Positions 30,473 to 38,452 of a stretch of 64,000 nt of DNA are shown in pieces (the stretch's first letter is position 1; the number at the start of each line of letters is the position of its first letter). Both the position numbers and the translations under genes were made by a program. The DNA is from Phycisphaerales bacterium (GTDB lineage: Bacteria > Planctomycetota > Phycisphaerae > Phycisphaerales > UBA5793): contig JAPKGW010000001.1 in the NCBI GenBank assembly GCA_026647365.1, positions 66,340-130,339 on the forward strand, read 5' to 3'. Under the pieces are notes generated by a model. It saw only the letters and a program-made list of their open reading frames with translations. It ran no database searches and had not been told where the DNA came from.

Positions 30473-30802
30473 GGCCGTCTCCTTTCCGCCCCCGTCGCTG
30501 AGATCGTACATCGTCGCCGCTGCTTCACCCCGGCCGCCCATCAGGTGTTTTTTCCCTGTGTTTCGGCCCTCTGGTGACATGATGAAAGGGCCATCGCTCC
30601 CGCCGCTATCGGCGCGAGTCCGCGTGAACGTGTCCGAGTCATGTCGACCTTCCTCCACCCCCACGGGCAGCCGCGGCGACCTGCCGGCCGCCGCGCTTCA
30701 TCCCCATTCAGAGACTGCCGGATTCAGCATGGGTTGTCAAGCAAGAACTGACAGGAAAGCCTCACGTGTTCCAAAGACGCTCCCTCTGCCCGTTTCCAGT
30801 TT

Positions 30803-31048
30803 TTGCCGCCCGCGCTGTCCATCGATCGGTTCGACGGCCGGCCTCTGCGCTACCGCCTCGCCGAAGACGGCCCGCTGCTCTACTCCATCGGCGCCGATCG
30901 GATCGATGACGGCGGGGCAGCGCCGGTCAAGGAAGGGGAAGCGTGGCGCATCGCGCAATACGGCTTCAGGATTCCCGCCGACCCGATGAACGCCGACTGG
31001 ATCCTCCGGGACGGGCGCAGCGTGAGGTCCGCGGCGGAGGAAGATTGA
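30803..31048 (+). pseudogene. C-terminal remnant of a type II secretion pseudopilin-like (GspG-like) gene
   Basis: IDRFDGRPLRYRLAEDGPLLYSIGADRIDDGG resembles the C-terminal D.(F/W)G.P..Y....G..LYS.G.DG.DDGG block of pseudopilins. The frame is closed by TGA at 30749..30751. There is no ATG (TTG only) and no prepilin N-terminal methylation motif upstream. Confidence 0.45.
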
Positions 31049-31212
31049 CCGCGCCTCGCGCGCCTGTCGAAGTCGTGGGTTCGTGATCGCGCCGGCTCGC
31101 TCGAAACGACTCAGAAAAACGGCGCCGGCGCAGGTTTGGTTGCCCGCCCCCGCGCCGGCCCGCGATCGGCAAGACCGGCGCGCCGTCTCCGGCGTGCCGG
31201 TCGCTCACGGCC

Positions 31213-32493
31213 TCACCTGACCGTGCGTTGGATCACGTTCGTCACCTGTCCGATCTGAAGCGCCTGGAAGTAGACCGTCCGCCCGCGCGCATTGGGCGGG
31301 ATCGGCAGCGACCAGGTCACGTTGCCGTTGGCGTCGGCCCGCTTTGTCGCGCCCGCCTGGATCGGGTTGCGGATGTTGAGCGTCACGTTGTAGATGGGCA
31401 GTTGCGTGAGGCCCAGGCCTGTTGTGCTGTAGACCAGGCCCGTCTGCGCGTTGGGAGTTGCCCCCGTCACGTTGAAGGTCGCATTCTGCCCGGCGTTGAG
31501 GACGCTCGTGGCCAGATTGAAGCCAATCGGCGTCATCGTCGTGATGGCGACCAGCGGCGAACCCTGAACCGGCACGCGCACGTTGCGCACCGTCCCCGCC
31601 CAGTTGTCATGCACGATCAGGTGCGTGACGTTCTGGCCGACGGCGGTGTAGCCGACCACGGTGACGGCGTGTCCAAGACCCTCGGCGTCATAGCGCATGT
31701 TGTACTGCTCGCCGTAGGGGCCGTTCGGATTCGCCGAACCCCAGACGTAGTCGGAGGAGCCGAACTGCGATTCGGTCGTCTCGTTGCCAAGCCCCTCGCC
31801 GGGTCCGGCCGGGCCGATGACCGCCCAGTGCTGGAAGTGCGCGATGACAGGCCGATTCCCGTCCACCTCCGGCTTGCACATGTCGGCGAGGACCTGCAGC
31901 GGCACGCCTCCGAAGACCGGATGCGTCCCCCAGATCACGACCTGGAACGGCTGTGGAACGGTGCTTGCGGCGAGGAAGTTGATCGCGCCGATGACGGAGT
32001 CGAGAATCTGCGTTCCGACGTGCGGCCCGTTGGGCAGGCCCGGGTCACCGATGTTGTTCGTGTCCATGTACCAGCCGAGGTCGTTGACCTGTCGCGTGCC
32101 TCGCAGCGGATGAGGATTGGGAGAGCCGGCGAAGCCGTCGGCAGTAAAGTCGTGCCACTTGGGGCCGGCGCCCCATGCGGGTCCGGCGTAGGAGCCGGGA
32201 AGCGCCTGAATCCCGTCCGGGCAACTGTCCGAGAGAAGCACCCGGCCATGGTAATCCTCCCAGTAGCCCATCATCATGGCGGTTGACGTTGGTGCACACC
32301 ACGCGCTGAACGGCGCGCCAGGGAACCATGGGCCGGGCCCGGTCGGATCGAACCCGAGCGGGTCGGGATAGTAATGCGGCTGGTCCCAGTTGGGCACCAG
32401 TCCGTTCACGTAGTTGGTCACCTGCGCCCCCGAGGTCAGCGGAAGGCACAGACATGCGGACAGCGCCGCACTCGAACATACGATGCGTTTCAT
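31213..32493 (-). CDS. secreted C39-like (papain-fold) cysteine peptidase domain protein with C-terminal beta-module
   Basis: 426 aa with a signal peptide ending SGAQ. The candidate catalytic triad is Cys in WCAPTSTAMMMGYW, His in GHAVTVVGY, and Asp/Asn in VHDNW. A strong RBS (GGAGGTGG) lies upstream. Confidence 0.65.
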   Translation of the reverse strand: MKRIVCSSAALSACLCLPLTSGAQVTNYVNGLVPNWDQPHYYPDPLGFDPTGPGPWFPGAPFSAWCAPTSTAMMMGYWEDYHGRVLLSDSCPDGIQALPGSYAGPAWGAGPKWHDFTADGFAGSPNPHPLRGTRQVNDLGWYMDTNNIGDPGLPNGPHVGTQILDSVIGAINFLAASTVPQPFQVVIWGTHPVFGGVPLQVLADMCKPEVDGNRPVIAHFQHWAVIGPAGPGEGLGNETTESQFGSSDYVWGSANPNGPYGEQYNMRYDAEGLGHAVTVVGYTAVGQNVTHLIVHDNWAGTVRNVRVPVQGSPLVAITTMTPIGFNLATSVLNAGQNATFNVTGATPNAQTGLVYSTTGLGLTQLPIYNVTLNIRNPIQAGATKRADANGNVTWSLPIPPNARGRTVYFQALQIGQVTNVIQRTVR

Positions 32494-32735
32494 CTTCCAC
32501 CTCCATTCAACTGCTCAAACGGCGATGCCTCGTTCGCAAGCCCGAGTGTGAAATCCCGCGGCACGGCGAGCGCGGCCGTTCGATGATGAATGATCAACAG
32601 GATGATGACGAGCAGCGGTTCATCCGTCCACAGGAACTTCACCCCAATCCGCGCGCATCGATCGCGGCGCAGCAAAGACGCCGCCGCGTTACCACAATGG
32701 CCGCTGAGCGCGCGCCCGCCGCGACGGCGATCCCT

Positions 32736-33236
32736 TCATTCCTCCGCCTCGATGTCGCGCGGGGACCAGAGATTCACGAGCGTGCCGCGCCTCTGCGATG
32801 CGATCTCGGCCCATGAGTCAATGGAGAGGTCGATCTGCGCGAGGGCGGCCGTCGGCATTGTCTCACGACGCCCCGTCAGGCGAAGGATGAGTTCCTCAAG
32901 GCCGGGATTGTGGCCCACGACCATCAGCCGCCTGGCCTTCCCGCCGTGCCGCGCGACGACGCGGCAGATCAGGTCCGCCGACGCCAGATACAGTCGCTCG
33001 TCGTAGTGAATCCTCTGCGTGAAGCCGCAGGCGTCGGCCAGGAGTTCGGCCGTCTCGTGCGTCCGCTGCGACGTTGAACTGAGAATCGCGTCCGGGACGA
33101 GACCCTTGTCCAGCAGCAACTGCCCCATGCGCGGGGCTGCTCTCCGGCCGCGCTCCGTCAGCGGGCGGTCGTGATCGGGCAGCGAGTCGTCGGCATGACT
33201 CGACTTGGCGTGGCGCAATGCGAACAGCGTGAGCAT
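32736..33236 (-). CDS. sixA: phosphohistidine phosphatase SixA-family (histidine phosphatase superfamily)
   Basis: I start at MLTLFALRHAKS (33236). RHA, PLTERG and VVGHNPG are histidine-phosphatase motifs. Confidence 0.8.
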   Translation of the reverse strand: MLTLFALRHAKSSHADDSLPDHDRPLTERGRRAAPRMGQLLLDKGLVPDAILSSTSQRTHETAELLADACGFTQRIHYDERLYLASADLICRVVARHGGKARRLMVVGHNPGLEELILRLTGRRETMPTAALAQIDLSIDSWAEIASQRRGTLVNLWSPRDIEAEE

Positions 33237-33322
33237 GGCGTCGCAGCGGCCGTGCGGAAACACGGCCAAGAACCCGTCCGCGCGGGGCGGGCGGAACTCT
33301 CGAACCTTCTTCTGACGAGCAA

Positions 33323-33396
33323 TGGGCCTGGGAGGATTCGAACCTCCGACCTCACCGTTATCAGCGGTGCGCTCTGACCAACTGAGCTACAAGCCC
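33323..33396 (-). tRNA. tRNA-Ile (anticodon GAT)
   Basis: The reverse complement is GGGCTTGTAGCTCAGTTGGTCAGAGCGCACCGCTGATAACGGTGAGGTCGGAGGTTCGAATCCTCCCAGGCCCA. It folds as a 74-nt cloverleaf with a 7-bp acceptor stem (one G-U), anticodon loop CTGATAA and a GGTTCGAAT T-loop. CCA is not encoded. Confidence 0.95.
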
Positions 33397-33424
33397 CCTT
33401 CGCGCCACCGGGCGCGAGAAGGCA

Positions 33425-33453
33425 AGTATCGGCGCGATCCGACCGGCCGTCAA
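33425..33453 (-). promoter_or_regulatory. candidate sigma70-type promoter for tRNA-Ile
   Basis: On the minus strand: TTGACG (33453..33448), a 17-nt spacer, then GATACT (33430..33425). This lies about 30 nt upstream of the mature tRNA 5' end. Confidence 0.4.
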
Positions 33454-33586
33454 GACGCTCCGCCCGTTATGATTGCCCATGCCCGCCGCCCCCCGCGCCC
33501 CCTCCCCAGACTCAACCTCCACACGCCCAAACGGGCGGATGGTCGCCGGACACGCGACGCCGCAACCTCTTTCGCCACTCGTCCAG

Positions 33587-34540
33587 ATGGTCTGGCCCGG
33601 CAAATTCGACGCCGCCGGTCATCGCCGCACGCCGAGCGTCCTGCCCTCCCGATCACGCAAGGTGCTCCAGCAAGCCGGACAGGAAGTCCCCTCCAGCCGC
33701 CTCGTCCACGCCGACTTCCGGATCGCCCTTTCAACCGTCGAGCCGGGATCGGTCGACTTCGTTTACGTCGATCCTCCCTTCGGAACTGACCGCGACCATC
33801 GAATGTCCCCGCGCCGCTATGGCCGCGGGGCGCACTCTCTGCACACCCGCCCTGTCGCCTATGCCGATCGCTGGAGTACGCCCGAGCATCTCGACTTCCT
33901 CGACGATCTCATCGCCCTGTCGCGCGCGGTCCTCACCGAGGCCGGCACCATCGCCGTCCACGTCGATCACCGCGCCTCAGCCCACGTGCGCTGCCTCCTC
34001 GACGAGCACTTCGGTCCGGGCCGCATTGTCAACGAACTGATCTGGAAGTACGGGCTGGGCAACGCCGCTGCCACGCGCCATTTCCTTCGCAAGCACGACA
34101 CAATTCTCGTCTATGCCCGCTCGAATCGCTACTACTTCAAGCGCCAGCGCGGCCCGCTCACGGACGCCCAGCGGCGCAAGTACAGACATGAAGACGAGCG
34201 CGGGCGCTACATGTTGAGTTACGGCAAGCGCTACGACCTCAAGGGCGGCAAGCCCCTCGAATCCGTCCTCGACATCCCCGCACTCGGCGCCACCGACGGC
34301 GAGCGCTGCGGCTACCCGACGCAGAAGCCGCTGCGTCTGCTCGAAGTGCTGATTGAGTCGCTCTGCCCGGCGGGCGGCCTCCTGCTCGACCCTTGCTGCG
34401 GCAGCGGCACGGCGGCCGTGGCAGCGCAGCGATCCGGGCGCCGCTGGCTCGCCTTCGACACCTCTGATGCGGCCATCAGGATGTCCACCACGCGCCTGCT
34501 GGCCGAGCAGGCCTCTTTCACCGTCGAGCGTATCGGGTAG
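33587..34540 (+). CDS. site-specific DNA methyltransferase, beta-class (second copy in window)
   Basis: The track ORF starts at TTG 33473. I prefer ATG 33587 (MVWPGKF), giving 317 aa. Motif IV FVYVDPPFG precedes YPTQKP and motif I DPCCGSGTAAV. No nuclease partner is present. Confidence 0.85.
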   Translation: MVWPGKFDAAGHRRTPSVLPSRSRKVLQQAGQEVPSSRLVHADFRIALSTVEPGSVDFVYVDPPFGTDRDHRMSPRRYGRGAHSLHTRPVAYADRWSTPEHLDFLDDLIALSRAVLTEAGTIAVHVDHRASAHVRCLLDEHFGPGRIVNELIWKYGLGNAAATRHFLRKHDTILVYARSNRYYFKRQRGPLTDAQRRKYRHEDERGRYMLSYGKRYDLKGGKPLESVLDIPALGATDGERCGYPTQKPLRLLEVLIESLCPAGGLLLDPCCGSGTAAVAAQRSGRRWLAFDTSDAAIRMSTTRLLAEQASFTVERIG

Positions 34541-34591
34541 GCCGGGAACGAGGATACAATCGGCGCTTCCCCTGTCCCGTGAGGATCAGTC

Positions 34592-35707
34592 GTGCTGCAC
34601 ACTCCGTTTCACCAGTTCCACCTCGATCGCGGCGCGAAGATGGTCGAGTTCGCCGGGTGGGAAATGCCCATCATGTACACCTCGATCATCGAGGAGCATC
34701 AGCACGTGCGCAGCGCCGCGGGGATGTTTGACGTCTCGCACATGGGCCGGGTGTACGTCGCAGGCCCCGACGCCCGCCGCTTCCTCGAACGCCTGTGCAC
34801 GCGTCGAGTGCACGACATGGCCGAGGGGCAGTGCCGCTACAGCCTGATCTGCAACGAGCAGGGCGGCGTCAAGGATGACGTCCTGATCTACCGCTACGGC
34901 GAGGACGACTTCATGCTCGTCGTCAACGCCTCAAACCGCACCAAACTCCTGCCGCACTTCAACACCGTGCGCGGCAGCATGCGCGTCGAGATCGACGACC
35001 GGACCGAAAAGACAGCAATGCTCGCCCTCCAGGGGCCGATGGTCATCCCGCTGGTGGCCGACTTCAGCGATGAAATTCCCGCGCTCAAGAACTACCGCTT
35101 CTGCGTCAAGAACCTCCTGCTCTTCAAGGTAACGATCAGCCGCACCGGCTACACCGGCGAGGACGGCATCGAGATCATCCTGCCGGCGAACATGGCGGGC
35201 AAGGCGATCGGCATGATGCTCGACAAGGCCGGATCAGCGAAGGACCTCGTCAAGCCCATCGGCCTCGGCGCCCGCGACACACTGCGCCTCGAAGCGGGCA
35301 TGCCCCTCTACGGCCACGAGATGGATGAGCAGACCGACCCCGTCTCCGCAGGACTGAACTTCGGCATCAACCTTGACAAGGACGAGCACGAACTCGGTGA
35401 GACCTTCATTGGCCAGGCGGCGCTCAAGCGCATTGCCTCCGAAGGGCCGCGCAACAAACTCGTCGGTCTCTTCCTCGACGGCAGGAGGACGGCGCGGCAG
35501 GGCATGGCCGTCGTGCGCGGCGATCAACCCGTCGGCCGCGTCACGAGCGGATGCATCAGCCCGACGCTGGGCAAGGCGATCGCAATGGGATATGTGCCGG
35601 CCGAGTTGAGCGAACCGGGGACGGTTGTGCAGGTCGACCTCGGCCGCACCCAGGTCGAAGCGACGGTCACGACGATCCCGTTCTACAGGAGACCGAAGAA
35701 GAGTTAG
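34592..35707 (+). CDS. gcvT: glycine cleavage system aminomethyltransferase (T protein)
   Basis: 371 aa with a GTG start after GAGGA. Motifs seen: FAGWEMPIMY, GMFDVSHMGR, VVNASN, ISRTGYTGEDGIEI, GLGARDTLRLEAGMPLYGHE. Confidence 0.93.
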   Translation: MLHTPFHQFHLDRGAKMVEFAGWEMPIMYTSIIEEHQHVRSAAGMFDVSHMGRVYVAGPDARRFLERLCTRRVHDMAEGQCRYSLICNEQGGVKDDVLIYRYGEDDFMLVVNASNRTKLLPHFNTVRGSMRVEIDDRTEKTAMLALQGPMVIPLVADFSDEIPALKNYRFCVKNLLLFKVTISRTGYTGEDGIEIILPANMAGKAIGMMLDKAGSAKDLVKPIGLGARDTLRLEAGMPLYGHEMDEQTDPVSAGLNFGINLDKDEHELGETFIGQAALKRIASEGPRNKLVGLFLDGRRTARQGMAVVRGDQPVGRVTSGCISPTLGKAIAMGYVPAELSEPGTVVQVDLGRTQVEATVTTIPFYRRPKKS

Positions 35708-35809
35708 CCGCAACGAGGCACAAGAGGCGCAATGAGAGTGTCTGTGATGAGGTGTGCTGCGGCTGCCTTGTGTCTTCTGTGCCTTGTTGCGGGCATCGCA
35801 TTGTGACCA

Positions 35810-36298
35810 ATGGCCAAGGACAAGAGCAAACCATCCACGACGCCGGAGATCAACAATCGCAAGGCGCGGCACGAGTACCACATCCTCGACACGCTCGAGT
35901 GCGGCCTCGTGCTCGTCGGCAGCGAGGTCAAGGCCGTCCGCGCCGGGCAGGTCTCCCTCAACGAGGGTTTCGCTCGCGTCGATGAACGCACCGGCGAACT
36001 GTTCCTCTACGGCGTACACATCTCCGAGTATGCCCCCGCGCGAGGCAGCGTGAACCGCCACGCCCCGGCCCAGGTGCGCAAACTTCTCGCCCACAAGCGC
36101 GAAATCCGCAAACTCGCCGCCGAAACACGCACGAAGGGCACGACGATGGTCCCGCTGAAGATGTACTTCAAGGACGGGTACGCCAAGGTGCTCATCGGGC
36201 TCGCCGTCGGCAAGGGCCAGTCTGACAAGCGCGAGGACGTCAAGAAACGCGACGCCCAGCGCGACATGCAGCGCGCCATGACGCGCAAGCGAATCTGA
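35810..36298 (+). CDS. smpB: SsrA-binding protein SmpB
   Basis: 162 aa. Motifs seen: NRKARHEYHILDTLECGLVLVGSEVK, KLLAHKREI, VPLKMYFKDGYAKVLIGLAVGK. Confidence 0.95.
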   Translation: MAKDKSKPSTTPEINNRKARHEYHILDTLECGLVLVGSEVKAVRAGQVSLNEGFARVDERTGELFLYGVHISEYAPARGSVNRHAPAQVRKLLAHKREIRKLAAETRTKGTTMVPLKMYFKDGYAKVLIGLAVGKGQSDKREDVKKRDAQRDMQRAMTRKRI

Positions 36299-36405
36299 CT
36301 GCGTCGCGTGGCCCCAGATCGTTGAGCGCCGACCCAACCAGACGTTCAGCGGCGTCGCATGCGTCGCCGCTGAACAATTCATCACTCTTCGCGTACCATT
36401 GCCCG

Positions 36406-37476
36406 ATGCTCCACATCGGCCCTTTCCACACCGATTGCCCCGTGCTGCTCGCGCCCATCGCCGGCTGCACCGACCTCGCGTTCCGCCTCACCTGCCGCGC
36501 CGCCGGGCACACAGGCCTTGCGTACACCGAACTCCTGCACAGCCGCGGCATACTTGAAGGCAATCGCGACAGCCTCGAGATCGCCCGCATCAGCACTGAC
36601 GACACGCCGTGCGGCGTGCAGTTGTACGGCAACGATGCTGACTGGTTCTGCAAGGCCGCGCAATGGGCAGAGGGGATCGGCGCGGCGCTCATCGACATCA
36701 ACATGGGCTGCCCGGTCGACAAGGTCACCAAGACCAACGGCGGGTCCATGCTCCTGTGCGATCCCGACCGCACCACGCGCCTGGCCGAACGCATCGTCAA
36801 CTCGGTACGCATCCCGGTCACCGCCAAGTTGCGCCTCGGCTGGAGCGAGTGCGCCATCACCGCGCCGCGCCTGGCGAGACAACTGGAAGAAGTCGGCATC
36901 AAGCTCATCACCATCCACGGCCGGACCACGGCCCAGCGCTTCAAGGGCGCGGCCAGCCTCGATGGCATCGCCGAAGTCGTCGCCGCCGTTGCGCGCATTC
37001 CCGTCATCGGCAACGGCGACGTCGATTCGCCCGAGGCGGCGGTCCGGATGATCGCGCACACGCGCTGTGCCGGCGTGATGGTGGCCCGTGCGGCGATCAG
37101 CCGGCCGTGGGTTCTGCACGCCGTTCACGGGAGGCTCCTCACCGGCCGGACGCCGCCCGAGCCGACCGTCCTTGAGAAGATCCGCCTCATCCGCCTGCAC
37201 TTCGACCTGATGAGGCGATTCCGAAGCGACCGGATGGCGATGATTGTGATGCGTGGCCGCATCGCGGCGTATGGAACGAGTCTGGGGCACGTCAAACCCT
37301 TCAAAGAGCGGATCCGGCTGATGCACAGCCCCGCCGATTTCGAAGCGGCGATGGATGATCTCGAACGGGGGGTCGAGCCGGCGTGGACGAGCGTGCCGCA
37401 CGGAGTTTTCGCGTCGAGGACGAGCGAACAGCACCCGATCGGGACGACCGAGCCTGACTTTGCGATTTGCACCTGA
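36406..37476 (+). CDS. tRNA-dihydrouridine synthase
   Basis: I start at ATG 36406 (MLHIGPF). LAPIAGCTDLAFR, IDINMGCPVDKV, TAKLRLGW and TIHGRT are Dus family blocks. Confidence 0.9.
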   Translation: MLHIGPFHTDCPVLLAPIAGCTDLAFRLTCRAAGHTGLAYTELLHSRGILEGNRDSLEIARISTDDTPCGVQLYGNDADWFCKAAQWAEGIGAALIDINMGCPVDKVTKTNGGSMLLCDPDRTTRLAERIVNSVRIPVTAKLRLGWSECAITAPRLARQLEEVGIKLITIHGRTTAQRFKGAASLDGIAEVVAAVARIPVIGNGDVDSPEAAVRMIAHTRCAGVMVARAAISRPWVLHAVHGRLLTGRTPPEPTVLEKIRLIRLHFDLMRRFRSDRMAMIVMRGRIAAYGTSLGHVKPFKERIRLMHSPADFEAAMDDLERGVEPAWTSVPHGVFASRTSEQHPIGTTEPDFAICT

Positions 37477-37567
37477 TCGGCGCGGGCCGGTCGATTGTCG
37501 CCTGCGGCTGCCGAATAATCGCCCAGCAGTGGCCCGGCTGAAGTTCAGATCGTCGCTGGTGTACAAG

Positions 37568-38452
37568 ATGCGTCTTCGGGCCTTGTGGCTGCGCGCGATC
37601 GAGTCGAAGCGCTCGCCCGGCATCGAGATCAAGCCCTTCATCCTCACCGGACCGCCGCGCAGCGGCACGAGCCTGCTCACCGCCCTTCTCACCCGCAAGG
37701 ACAACGTTCTCGTCGCGAACGAGCCGGTCGTCGTCGGCGATCCCCTGCTGGCGCGCGGCGATCCGGCTCGACTGCTGCGCGGCTACATGAACTCCCTCGC
37801 GCGGCAGGCGGTGCGCCGCGGGACCATGTCCACCAAGGTCGATCGAAAGGATCCCTCGCGCCCCACCACGGACACCGCCCACCGCGGCGCGATCCGCCGC
37901 GACGTCCCCGTCACCATCGACCGCAATCGGCCACTCTGCGTCGGCGTCAAGCATCCCATCTCATTCATGGAGTTCCTGCCCGAACTCGTTGAAGGCTGGC
38001 CCCAACTCAAGGTCATCGTCCTCGCCCGTGATCCGATGGACACCATCCGCTCGTGGCGCGAGACGACTTACGGCTGGCAGCCGGGCCTCGACGATCCGAC
38101 CCAGGGCCTGTGGCGGCGCATGTATGCCGAGATCCCTGCCGATGCGTCGCCCCTTGCAAGGCGGGCGCATCTCTGGAATCTCCTTGTCGAGCGCGGCGAG
38201 AAGTATGCCGCGACTCATCCGGGGCAGGTCATGCTGCTGCGCTACGAGAGCCTTCTCGCCGACCCGGCCGCGACGATGCGGCGCCTGTTCGAGCACATCG
38301 GCGCCGACCGGCCGGAAATTCCTATCGACGTGGCGGACGTCCGGCCCCAGACGCACGCCTCCTACAAGGGATTCACAGACGAGGAAGTGCAGATGATCCG
38401 CAGCATCTGCGGCGAGACGGATCGCCGCACGCGAACGACGACTACCGGCTGA
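37568..38452 (+). CDS. sulfotransferase family protein
   Basis: I start at ATG 37568 (MRLRALW), giving 294 aa. The 5'-PSB loop is TGPPRSGTSLL and the 3'-PB-like block is LARDPMDTIRSW. The 3' end overlaps the convergent S10 peptidase gene by 11 nt. Confidence 0.75.
   Translation: MRLRALWLRAIESKRSPGIEIKPFILTGPPRSGTSLLTALLTRKDNVLVANEPVVVGDPLLARGDPARLLRGYMNSLARQAVRRGTMSTKVDRKDPSRPTTDTAHRGAIRRDVPVTIDRNRPLCVGVKHPISFMEFLPELVEGWPQLKVIVLARDPMDTIRSWRETTYGWQPGLDDPTQGLWRRMYAEIPADASPLARRAHLWNLLVERGEKYAATHPGQVMLLRYESLLADPAATMRRLFEHIGADRPEIPIDVADVRPQTHASYKGFTDEEVQMIRSICGETDRRTRTTTTG

Noticed and set aside
32490-32675. 61-aa minus-strand ORF with a hydrophobic stretch (LLVIILLIIHH) in an AT-richer patch upstream of the peptidase gene
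   Set aside because: It overlaps the peptidase start and RBS, has no RBS of its own, and the hydrophobic run derives from a GATGATGA-type low-complexity tract. It is more likely promoter or UTR sequence.
35708-35809. tmRNA (ssrA) next to smpB
   Set aside because: I found no tRNA-Ala-like acceptor or T-arm, and no tag reading frame, in the flanking spacers or anywhere else in the window.
38442-38452. 11-nt overlap of the convergent sulfotransferase and S10 peptidase 3' ends as a regulatory feature
   Set aside because: A short convergent overlap is common in compact genomes, and no associated structure is seen. It is noted only as an annotation detail.
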